This document shows positions 1-8,081 of a DNA stretch of 64,000 bases, piece by piece (positions within the stretch are counted from its first letter, which is position 1; each line of letters opens with the position of its first letter). The notes below the pieces were generated by a model. That model saw only the letters and a program-made list of their open reading frames with translations. It was not told where the DNA came from and did no database searches. Source of the DNA: Candidatus Multivoradales bacterium (GTDB lineage Bacteria > Acidobacteriota > Thermoanaerobaculia > Multivoradales > JAHEKO01); assembly GCA_965223855.1 (NCBI GenBank), contig CBDCXM010000003.1:64001-128000 (forward strand), in the 5' to 3' direction. The position numbers and the translations under genes are program-made.

Positions 1-1115
1 GCCCCGGCGTAGATCCGGTGCGCCAGCGGGTTGTCGAAACCGTTGCGGAAGTGCACCCGGCCCGGGAAGTGGCGGGCAAGGCTGTGGAAGAACTCCTCGT
101 AGCGGCGCTCGCCGCTGCCGAGCACGACAACCTGGCAGGGGCGGCGACCGAGCACCGACGGTAGCGCCTCGAAGCACAGGTCGAACCCCTTCTGCGCCGT
201 CAGCCGCGAGACGATGCCGATAAGCGGCAGCTCGGCGTCGGTCGACAGCCCCGCCTCCTCGCACAACGCCCGCTTGTTCCACGCCTTCCCCTCGAGATCG
301 GCTGCCGAATAGGAATGCGGCAGGAAGCGATCCGTCGCCGGGTTCCACTCGCCGTAGTCGACCCCGTTGAGGATGCCTACCAGGTCGCCGGAGCGCGCTC
401 GCAGCAACGGGTCGAGGCCGAAGCCGAACTCCGGGGTCCGGATCTCCCTGGCGTGGGTCGGACTCACCGTGGAAAGTCCGTCGGCGTGCAGGAGCCCGGT
501 GGTCATGAAGTTGATCCGACCGCGGCCGAGCTCCTCCTGGTGGAGCTGCCCTCGCGCCTGGGACAAGCCGAGCGCTTCGACCTCGCGCGCCGGGAAGATC
601 CCCTGGTAGCCGAGGTTGTGGATCGTCAGGAGCGTCCTGGTGCGGGCGAAGAGCGAGTCCCACCGGTAGTGGGCCCGCAGGTAGAGCGGCAGCATTGCCG
701 TGTGCCAGTCGTGAACGTGGAAGACGTCCGGGCCGAACCCCATCCGCTGGCATGACTCGATCACCGCGCGGACGAAGAAGCTGAAGCGCAGGTGCTCGTC
801 CCCGCGATCGTCGTAGATGCCGGCGCGGTCGTAGAGCGCAGGACAGTGGATCAGGTAGACCGGCAGCGAGCTGCCGGGCAGCGGCGCCGTGTGGACGCTC
901 CATTCGACCTGCCGCCCCGCCACCTCGGTGTGGATGCCCTGGAGGAACTCGACCGGCACCCACCCCTCGACCTTCGCGCTCGAGTAGTGCGGCAGGAAGA
1001 GCCGCAGATCGACGCGCTCGTCGTGGAGGAAGCCGGCGAGGCCGGCGACCGCGTCTCCGAGCCCACCGGTCTTGGCGAACGGCGCCAGTTCGGAGGCGAG
1101 CAGACAGATCTTCAC
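1..1115 (-). CDS. glgA: Glycogen synthase (GT5), 3' end runs off the window
   Basis: Not in the ORF track; minus-strand translation from GTG at 1115 gives MKICLLASELAPFAKTGGLGD (KTGGL ADP-glucose motif), later HVHDWHTA, TIHNLGYQG, GILNGVDY and VSRLTAQKG. Confidence 0.95.
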   Translation of the reverse strand, partial: MKICLLASELAPFAKTGGLGDAVAGLAGFLHDERVDLRLFLPHYSSAKVEGWVPVEFLQGIHTEVAGRQVEWSVHTAPLPGSSLPVYLIHCPALYDRAGIYDDRGDEHLRFSFFVRAVIESCQRMGFGPDVFHVHDWHTAMLPLYLRAHYRWDSLFARTRTLLTIHNLGYQGIFPAREVEALGLSQARGQLHQEELGRGRINFMTTGLLHADGLSTVSPTHAREIRTPEFGFGLDPLLRARSGDLVGILNGVDYGEWNPATDRFLPHSYSAADLEGKAWNKRALCEEAGLSTDAELPLIGIVSRLTAQKGFDLCFEALPSVLGRRPCQVVVLGSGERRYEEFFHSLARHFPGRVHFRNGFDNPLAHRIYAG

Positions 1116-1166
1116 GACCGCGGACTATGGCAGATCGGCGCTTCGGACACGTAGACTCCCCGAATC

Positions 1167-2387
1167 GTGAACGTCGCCTTCGTGGCCCCCTATCTCCCGC
1201 CGACGACGCTGCGCTTCGTCCGTGCGGCCCAGAAGCTCCCCGGCGTGCGCCTCGGCCTGGTGTCGCACGACCCGGTCGAGCGGATTCCCGACGACGTGAG
1301 GGAGCGGCTCGCCGGTCACTGGCGGATCGACAACGCTCTCGACGCCGGCCAGCTGGAGGCGGGAGCGCGCGGGCTCGCCGAGCAGATGGGCGGGCTCGAC
1401 CGGCTGATCGGCATTCTCGAGCACATGCAGGTGCCGCTCGCCCGCGCCCGCGAGGCGTTGGGGATTCCCGGCCTCGGGCTGGAGGCGGCGCTCAACTTCC
1501 GCGACAAGGCGCGGATGAAGACGGTGCTGCGCGAAGCGGGGCTGCCGTGCGCTCGCCACGGCCTCGCCGCCGACCTCGACGCGGCGCGCGTGTTCGCGGG
1601 CGCCACCGGCTACCCGCTGGTCGTCAAGCCGCCGGCCGGCGCCGGTGCGGTCGGCACCTTCCGGGTCGACGACGAGCGCTCGCTCGCCGAGGCGATCGGC
1701 GTGCTGCGGCCGACCGCGGACCAGCCGGCGATGCTCGAGGAGTTCGTGGTCGGCGAGGAGCACTCGTTCGACAGCGTCTTTGTCCGCGGGCAGCCTGTGT
1801 GGCACTCGCAGACGCGCTACCTGCCGACCCCGCTCGAGGTGCTGCGCAACTCGTGGATCCAGTGGTGCGTGCTGCTGCCGCGCGAAGCGGACCAACCCGA
1901 GCACGACGACATCCGCGACGCCGCCTATCGCGCCGTCGAGGTGCTGGGTCTCGAAACCGGCCTGACGCACATGGAGTGGTTCCGGCGGCCAGACGGCTCG
2001 CTGGCGATCTCAGAGGTCGCCGCGCGACCGCCGGGGGCGCAGATCACCACCCTCATCTCCGTCGCCCACGACATCGACTTCTACGAGACCTGGTGCCGGC
2101 TGATGATCGAGGAGGCGTTCGATCCGCCGTATCGGCGCTATGCCGCCGGCGCCGCCTTCCTGCGCGGCCAGGGGGGCGGGCGGGTCGCCGCGGTGCGCGG
2201 TCTCGAGCAGGCGCAGCAGGCGGTCGGCGACCTCGTCGTCGAGGCGCGGCTGCCGCGCGAGGGTCAGCCCAAGGCTTCGAGCTACGAGGGCGAGGGCTAC
2301 GTGATCGTCCGCCACTCGGAGACCGAGAAGGTCGTCGAGGCGCTGCGCACCATCGTCTCGACGATCCGCGTGGAGATGTCCGGCTGA
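1167..2387 (+). CDS. ATP-grasp domain protein (carboxylate-amine/peptide ligase-like), paralog 1
   Basis: FRDKARMK, YPLVVKPPAGAG, EEFVVGEE, GLTHMEWF and EVAARPPG ATP-grasp motifs. Confidence 0.85.
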   Translation: MNVAFVAPYLPPTTLRFVRAAQKLPGVRLGLVSHDPVERIPDDVRERLAGHWRIDNALDAGQLEAGARGLAEQMGGLDRLIGILEHMQVPLARAREALGIPGLGLEAALNFRDKARMKTVLREAGLPCARHGLAADLDAARVFAGATGYPLVVKPPAGAGAVGTFRVDDERSLAEAIGVLRPTADQPAMLEEFVVGEEHSFDSVFVRGQPVWHSQTRYLPTPLEVLRNSWIQWCVLLPREADQPEHDDIRDAAYRAVEVLGLETGLTHMEWFRRPDGSLAISEVAARPPGAQITTLISVAHDIDFYETWCRLMIEEAFDPPYRRYAAGAAFLRGQGGGRVAAVRGLEQAQQAVGDLVVEARLPREGQPKASSYEGEGYVIVRHSETEKVVEALRTIVSTIRVEMSG

Positions 2388-3604
2388 TGCGCGTCCTGAT
2401 GCTCGCCCCCGCCTTCCCGTCGGAGATGCCGTTCTTCGCCCGCGGTCTGGCGAGCGTCGGCGCGAAGGTGGTCGGCGTCGGCGACCAGCCGGTGGCGGCG
2501 CTGCCGTCGCAGACCCGCGAGGCGCTCGACGACTATCTGCAGGTGCCGACGCTCTTCGACAGCGGCGCCGTCCTCGACGCGGTGCGCTCCTACCACTCGC
2601 GAGCGCCGATCGAGAAGGTCGAGACCCTGTGGGAGCCGCTCGTCCTGCTCGCCGCCGAGTTGCGTCAGGCGCTAGGCCTGCCCGGACTTACGGTCGCCCA
2701 GGCGCACGCCTTCCGCGACAAGGAGCGGATGAAGCAGGTGCTCGAAGAGGCCGGCCTTCGGGTGCCGCGGCACTCGAAGGAGAGCACCGCCCGCGGCTGC
2801 TACGAGGCGGCCGAGAGCATCGGCTTCCCGCTCATCCTCAAGCCGATCGCGGGTGCCGGTTCGGCCGACACCTACCGGGTCGACGATCGGGGCGAGCTCG
2901 ACGCCGTCATGCCGTTGCTGCGCCACGTGCCGGTGGTCTCGGTCGAGGAATTCATCGATGGCGAGGAGTACACCTTCGACACCATCTGCGCTGGCGGCGA
3001 GGTGCTCTACCACAACGTCTCCTGGTACCGGCCGCGGCCGCTGGTGGCCCGCACCGTCGAGTGGATCAGCCCGCAGACGGTGACCTTGCGCGACGTCGAG
3101 CGGCCCGAGCTGGCGGCGGGCGTGAAGCTCGGTCACGGGGTGCTCGAGGCGCTCGGCTACCGCGACGGCTTCACCCACATGGAGTGGTTCCGCACCTCCG
3201 AGGGAGAAGCGGTCTTCGGCGAGATCGGCGCCCGACCTCCGGGAGCGCGGTCGGTCGAGATCATGAACTACGCCTGCGACATCGACGTCTTTTCGGGCTG
3301 GGCCGAGGCGGTGGTGCACGGGCGTCTCAGCCAGCCGATCGAGCGGCGCTACAACAGCGCCATCATCTTCAAGCGGGCGAAGGGGCGCGGCCGCATCACC
3401 GGCATCACAGGCCTGGAAGGCTTCCTCACCCGCTTTCATCGCCACGTCGTCTCGGTCGAGCTGCTGCCGCCGGGGACGCCGCGCCGCAACTGGAAGAGCA
3501 CGTTGCTCTCCGACGGCTGGGCCATCGTGCGTCATCCCGACCTCGGGGCGCTGCTCGAGATCGCCGACCGTTTCGGCACCGACGTCCAGATGTACGCCGA
3601 GTAG
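2387..3604 (+). CDS. ATP-grasp domain protein, paralog 2
   Basis: ATG overlaps the upstream TGA (TGATG); MRVLMLAP start; FRDKERMK, FPLILKPIAGAG, EEFIDGEE, GFTHMEWF and EIGARPPG motifs. Confidence 0.85.
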   Translation: MRVLMLAPAFPSEMPFFARGLASVGAKVVGVGDQPVAALPSQTREALDDYLQVPTLFDSGAVLDAVRSYHSRAPIEKVETLWEPLVLLAAELRQALGLPGLTVAQAHAFRDKERMKQVLEEAGLRVPRHSKESTARGCYEAAESIGFPLILKPIAGAGSADTYRVDDRGELDAVMPLLRHVPVVSVEEFIDGEEYTFDTICAGGEVLYHNVSWYRPRPLVARTVEWISPQTVTLRDVERPELAAGVKLGHGVLEALGYRDGFTHMEWFRTSEGEAVFGEIGARPPGARSVEIMNYACDIDVFSGWAEAVVHGRLSQPIERRYNSAIIFKRAKGRGRITGITGLEGFLTRFHRHVVSVELLPPGTPRRNWKSTLLSDGWAIVRHPDLGALLEIADRFGTDVQMYAE

Positions 3605-3660
3605 GACGGCACTGCTAGCCTGAACTTTCAAAGTCACACGAACACCGCGGGGGAGCAACG

Positions 3661-5208
3661 GTGAGGGAATCCGAAACGACCGCCGGGAAGGATGAGAGCA
3701 TCCGCGACCTGCTGTCGGTCTGGAAGCTGGTCGAGAGCGAGGAGCGCACCGGCTACACCTCGATCGTCGTCCCGTCGCTGTCGCTCGACGTCGACGAGCT
3801 CAAGAAGATCCGCGGCGCCTCCGGGTACGAGGAGCGGCTGCTCTTCACCCTGATCCGCCTGCGCGACCCGCGCGCCAGGGTGGTCTACCTCACCAGCCAG
3901 CCGCTCCACCCCGAGATCATCGAGTACTACCTCGACCTGCTGCACGGCGTCTCGACACGCGACGCCCGGGAGCGGCTGACGCTGCTGCCGCTTTACGACT
4001 CGAGCGCCGCGCCGCTGACCGCCAAGGTGCTCGAACGGCCCCGCGTCGTCGCAAGACTGCGGGACCTGGCCGCGCGCACGACCCACTCCTACCTGACCTG
4101 CTTCAACTCGAGCGAGCTCGAAGCGCGCCTGGCACGGGAGATAGGGGTGCCGCTCAACGGAGTCGCACCCGAGCTGCTCGACCTCGGCACCAAGTCGGGC
4201 AGCCGCAAGGTGTTCGCGGCAGCCGGCCTCGACATGCCACGAGGGTTCGAGGACATTCGCAGCCGCGAGCAGGTGATCGAAGCCCTGTCGAATCTGCGCG
4301 ACGCCGAGCCGGACATCCGCAAGGCGGTCGTCAAGCTCGACGAGAGCTTTGCCGGCGCCGGTAACGCGGTGTTCCGCTACCCGCCGGCGGAAGGGAGCAT
4401 CGAGGAGGCACTCGGTCGGCTCGAGTGCGCGAGTGCCGAGGAGACCCACGAACACTTCCTCGCCAAGCTCGATGACAAGAGCGGCATCGTCGAGGAGTTC
4501 ATGGAGGCCTCCGAGGTGCGCTCACCGAGCGCCCAGCTCCGCATCGGTCCGGCAGGCGACATCGATCTCATCTCGACCCACGAGCAGATCCTCGGCGGCA
4601 GCACGGGGCAGACCTACCTGGGCTGCCGCTTCCCGGCCGACCCCGCCTACCGGCGTCGGCTGGGCGAGTTGGGGTACAAGGTCGGCGAGGTACTGCGCGA
4701 CCGCGGCGTGGTGAGCCGCTTCGGCGTCGACTTCCTCGCCTTCCGCGGCGCCGACGGCGAGTGGAAGCTGCCGGCGATCGAGATCAACCTGAGGATGGGG
4801 GGCACCACCGGGCCGTTCCTGGCGCTCCAGTTCCTCACCTCGGGCGCGGTCGATCCCTCGACCGGCCTCTACCGCTCCGCCACCGGGATCGAGAAGTTCT
4901 ACGTCGCCACCGACAACCTCAGCTCCCCCTCCTACCGCGGCCTGCTGACGGAGGACTTCATGGACATCCTCGCCGGCAGCCGCGTCGGCTTCGACCCGGC
5001 GAGCGAGACCGGCGCGGTGTTCCACATGATCGGCTCGCTGTCGCAGTTCGGCAAGATGGGCGTGACTGCCATCGGCGACAGCCGCGAGCAGGCCGACGAG
5101 ATCTACCACCAGGTGATCGAGGTGTTCGATCGCGCCGGCGAACCCGACCCGGGCATCGCGCCCGATTCGATGCACCCGTTCGACCTGGCGATCCGGTCGA
5201 TCGAGTAG
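3661..5208 (+). CDS. Peptide ligase PGM1-related ATP-grasp protein
   Basis: N-terminal VVPSLSL...YEERLLF...RVVYLTS pre-ATP-grasp region; VVKLDESFAGAGNA, SPSAQ, STHEQILGG, FGVDF, IEINLRMGGTT; GGGGAG RBS. Confidence 0.8.
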   Translation: MRESETTAGKDESIRDLLSVWKLVESEERTGYTSIVVPSLSLDVDELKKIRGASGYEERLLFTLIRLRDPRARVVYLTSQPLHPEIIEYYLDLLHGVSTRDARERLTLLPLYDSSAAPLTAKVLERPRVVARLRDLAARTTHSYLTCFNSSELEARLAREIGVPLNGVAPELLDLGTKSGSRKVFAAAGLDMPRGFEDIRSREQVIEALSNLRDAEPDIRKAVVKLDESFAGAGNAVFRYPPAEGSIEEALGRLECASAEETHEHFLAKLDDKSGIVEEFMEASEVRSPSAQLRIGPAGDIDLISTHEQILGGSTGQTYLGCRFPADPAYRRRLGELGYKVGEVLRDRGVVSRFGVDFLAFRGADGEWKLPAIEINLRMGGTTGPFLALQFLTSGAVDPSTGLYRSATGIEKFYVATDNLSSPSYRGLLTEDFMDILAGSRVGFDPASETGAVFHMIGSLSQFGKMGVTAIGDSREQADEIYHQVIEVFDRAGEPDPGIAPDSMHPFDLAIRSIE

Positions 5209-5229
5209 CCGATCGCAGCCCGGTCCAGG

Positions 5230-6360
5230 CTACCCCTGGGCCAACGCGGCCGGCGAATCTCCGGAGAGTCCTTCGACCGGCGAGAAGCGCTCGCGCAGTG
5301 CCTCGTCCAGCCTGTCCAGGCCGGAGCCCTCCAGTGCGGAGAGCGCAATCGCTCCGTCTTCCACCGCAGCCCCCGGCGCCGCATCGATCTTGTTGTAGAC
5401 GACGAGCACCTGCTCGTCCTCGACACCGATGTCGGCCAGCACTTCGTTGCCGACCTCGAGATGCTCTCGCCACTGCGGGTGGCTGCGATCGACGACGTGC
5501 AGCACGACGTCGGCCTCGCGGATTCCCTCGAGCGTGCTCCTGAAGCTCGCCACGAGGTGGTGGGGCAGCTTGCGAATGAAGCCGACGGTGTCGGCGTAGA
5601 CGACCGGGGTGCCGTCGGAGAGCACGGTGCGCCTGAGGCGGGCATCGAGGGTGGCGAAGAGGCGGTCCTCGGCGAGCACGTCGGCCCTGGTCAGCCGATT
5701 GAAAAGGGTCGACTTGCCGGCGTTGGTGTAGCCGGCGAGCGCCACCAGGTTGGCGTGGCGGCGGCCACGGCTCTGGACCTTCCTCGTCTTCTCCACCTTC
5801 TTCAGATCCTTCTCGAGGCGCGCGATCTGGTTGCGCAGCATCCGGCGGTCGGCCTCGAGCTGGGTCTCGCCCTCACCGCCGCGCACGCCGATACCGCCGA
5901 CCTGGCGCGAAAGATGGCTCCAACGCCGGGTCAGGCGCGGCAACAGGTACTGGAGTCGGGCGAGTTCGACCTGGGTCCGCGCCTCTTTGCTTTTCGCCCG
6001 CTGCTGGAAAATCTCGAGGATGAGGCCGCTCCTGTCGAGCACCTGACAGTCGACGATCTTCTCGAGCGCCTTGACCTGGGAGCCGGAGAGGTCGTCATCG
6101 AAGATCAGCAGGTCGGCCTTCGCCCCTTTCGCCGCGGCGCCCACCTCCTCCGCTTTGCCGGGGCCGATGAACGTCCGCGGGTGGGGCGCCTTGCGCGACT
6201 GCAGAACCCGCGCCGCGACCTCGACTCCGGCGCTCGTCGTCAACTCCGCCAGCTCGTCGAGGTGCTCCTCGACCACCGAGGGCGGCTGGCCGGTAACGCT
6301 CAGGCCGACGAGCAGTGCGCGACGCCGGGCGTTCGAGGCGGGATCAGAAGTGGAATGCAA
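5230..6360 (-). CDS. hflX: GTPase HflX
   Basis: ILEIFQQRA..EARTQVELARL, GYTNAGKST, LFATLD, DTVGFI and NKID motifs; start (TTG 6360) inferred. Confidence 0.95.
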   Translation of the reverse strand: MHSTSDPASNARRRALLVGLSVTGQPPSVVEEHLDELAELTTSAGVEVAARVLQSRKAPHPRTFIGPGKAEEVGAAAKGAKADLLIFDDDLSGSQVKALEKIVDCQVLDRSGLILEIFQQRAKSKEARTQVELARLQYLLPRLTRRWSHLSRQVGGIGVRGGEGETQLEADRRMLRNQIARLEKDLKKVEKTRKVQSRGRRHANLVALAGYTNAGKSTLFNRLTRADVLAEDRLFATLDARLRRTVLSDGTPVVYADTVGFIRKLPHHLVASFRSTLEGIREADVVLHVVDRSHPQWREHLEVGNEVLADIGVEDEQVLVVYNKIDAAPGAAVEDGAIALSALEGSGLDRLDEALRERFSPVEGLSGDSPAALAQG

Positions 6361-6931
6361 GTCCGGCGTGGGCGGTGCCCAGGACGCGCATGACGTCCGA
6401 ATCGAGCACGTGGCCGACGATCTCGGCAATGAACACGAAGTTGGGCGTGATCTTGAACTCTCCGGTGGCACCGAGTGCCAGGCCGAGAACCGTGTCGGAA
6501 GTTGCCGGCGCCAGGATGTCGCCCGGCAGGATGCGCCGGCTCTCGAGATCGTAGGCGCCGAGCCCCAGGAATAGACCCGAGTCGTAGAAACTCTCGGCGA
6601 ACTGGTACTCGCCGCCGACGATCGCGTAGGTCGCGGAGCCATCGGTGACGGCACCGACCGAGGAACCGGTCTCGAAGTCGAGCTGCCCGAGACGCAGGAA
6701 GACGTTCGAGCCCGGCTCGAACTGGAGGGCGAGGCCGAGCTGGAAGCCCGGCTCCGTGCCGCCGCTTTCCGAAAGCGCGGCACCGACTCCGCCCATCGCC
6801 GAGACCGTCCAGGTGTAGTCCTGAGCTTCGGCGGTCGCCGCGCACAGCGCCAGGACGATCACGAGCGGCGTGACGAGCAGGAAGCCCCTGATGCCGACCA
6901 GGGCGTGACGGGGGCGGGGCGGGTTCGACAT
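6344..6931 (-). CDS. Small outer-membrane beta-barrel protein
   Basis: Signal peptide (LVIVLALCAATAEA-Q), alternating beta-strand pattern, C-terminal AGLAFHF BAM-type signal; start inferred. Confidence 0.7.
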   Translation of the reverse strand: MSNPPRPRHALVGIRGFLLVTPLVIVLALCAATAEAQDYTWTVSAMGGVGAALSESGGTEPGFQLGLALQFEPGSNVFLRLGQLDFETGSSVGAVTDGSATYAIVGGEYQFAESFYDSGLFLGLGAYDLESRRILPGDILAPATSDTVLGLALGATGEFKITPNFVFIAEIVGHVLDSDVMRVLGTAHAGLAFHF

Positions 6932-7084
6932 CGGCGTCAACGAACGTCTCCTTCTTTCTCGACTGCAGCCATGGGGTCGGTCATCGCGCGAAGAACAGCC
7001 CGGCGGCGGCCGCAAGTATAGCCGTCGCCGTTACGTCTGCAGGGTCGGGTGCAGTGTCGCCCTAGAGGTCTACGGAGGAGACGG

Positions 7085-7888
7085 ATGAATGTCACAGACG
7101 GCCGGCTGGGACGGAGCTTCAGGCGTTGCCTCGACTGGCTCCTGCCGCCGCTGTGTCTCGGCTGCCGCAGCTCGGTCGCGGACGGTATCGACGACTTCCA
7201 CCTTTGCCGGCGTTGCCGGACAGGTTGCCGAGAGGCGAGGACCGGCCGCTGCCCCGGCTGCCTGATCAGGATCGCCGACCGCTCGGCCGGCTCGGAGTTC
7301 CGATGCTCCGCCTGCCGACGACGACCGCAGAGTTTCGACCGCGCGATCGCCGGGTGGGCCTACGAGCCGCCGCTGTCGGCCGTCGTCACCGGACTCAAGT
7401 TCGGTCGCCTCGAGTTCCTCGGCGAGGCGCTGGGGAGATCGCTCGCTACCCTGCGCCGGGCCGAGCTGGGCGAAGCCACCAGCGTCGTACCGGTGCCACT
7501 TCATCGCTGGCGCGACCTTCGACGCGGCTACAACCAGGCGGAACGAATCGCCTCGGGCGTCGCTCGGACGCTCTCGCTGCCCGTCGTCGCAGCCCTGCGA
7601 CGACGAAGGCGCACCGTGCCGCAGACCGGTCTCGACCGCAGAGATCGGCGGACGAACGTCCGGTACGCCTTCGCTCCCCGCAGGCGCTACCAGCGCGACC
7701 CTCGCAGCCTGGAGGCCGCGCTCGGACCGTGCCCCGTGCTCGTGGATGACGTCTTCACCACCGGCGCCACCCTCGACAGCGCGGCCGCGGCGCTGCGCCG
7801 CTCGCTCCCGTCGCGGCGCGGCAATCGGGAGTTCGCGATCCTCGCCCTCGCGGCTGCCTACACCCCCCACACCACCCTGCCACGCTGA
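7085..7888 (+). CDS. comF: ComF family protein (double zinc ribbon + phosphoribosyltransferase)
   Basis: Four CxxC pairs, VVPVPLH, RGYNQA and LVDDVFTTGATL motifs; GGAGGAG RBS before ATG 7085. Confidence 0.88.
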   Translation: MNVTDGRLGRSFRRCLDWLLPPLCLGCRSSVADGIDDFHLCRRCRTGCREARTGRCPGCLIRIADRSAGSEFRCSACRRRPQSFDRAIAGWAYEPPLSAVVTGLKFGRLEFLGEALGRSLATLRRAELGEATSVVPVPLHRWRDLRRGYNQAERIASGVARTLSLPVVAALRRRRRTVPQTGLDRRDRRTNVRYAFAPRRRYQRDPRSLEAALGPCPVLVDDVFTTGATLDSAAAALRRSLPSRRGNREFAILALAAAYTPHTTLPR

Positions 7889-7944
7889 GCACGGAGGCTC
7901 CCGCCCGATCTACCTCCCCGGAACGGGAATACCGGTTTCCGGCT

Positions 7945-7980
7945 GCCCGTTTTCGACCTGCAGAGGCCCGTTTTCGACCT
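7945..7980. repeat. Perfect 15-bp direct repeat GCCCGTTTTCGACCT x2, 21-bp period; candidate operator
   Basis: Copies at 7945-7959 and 7966-7980; degenerate copy at about 7931-7944. Confidence 0.75.
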
Positions 7981-8033
7981 TCGAGAGACAGTGACCACAT
8001 CGATGCCGGCGATCTCTTCGGGCTCTTCGCGTT

Positions 8034-8063
8034 TTGACACCTCGCCGATGCCGGACGTATACT
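8034..8063 (+). promoter_or_regulatory. Sigma70-type promoter
   Basis: TTGACA (8034-8039), 18-bp spacer, TATACT (8058-8063), just upstream of ATG 8082. Confidence 0.75.
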
Positions 8064-8081
8064 GTGGAATAGGCAACTCGT

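Noticed and set aside
1127-2386. 825-aa ORF suggesting one long ATP-grasp protein
   Set aside because: First half is the off-frame shadow of 1167-2387; the real second gene starts at ATG 2387
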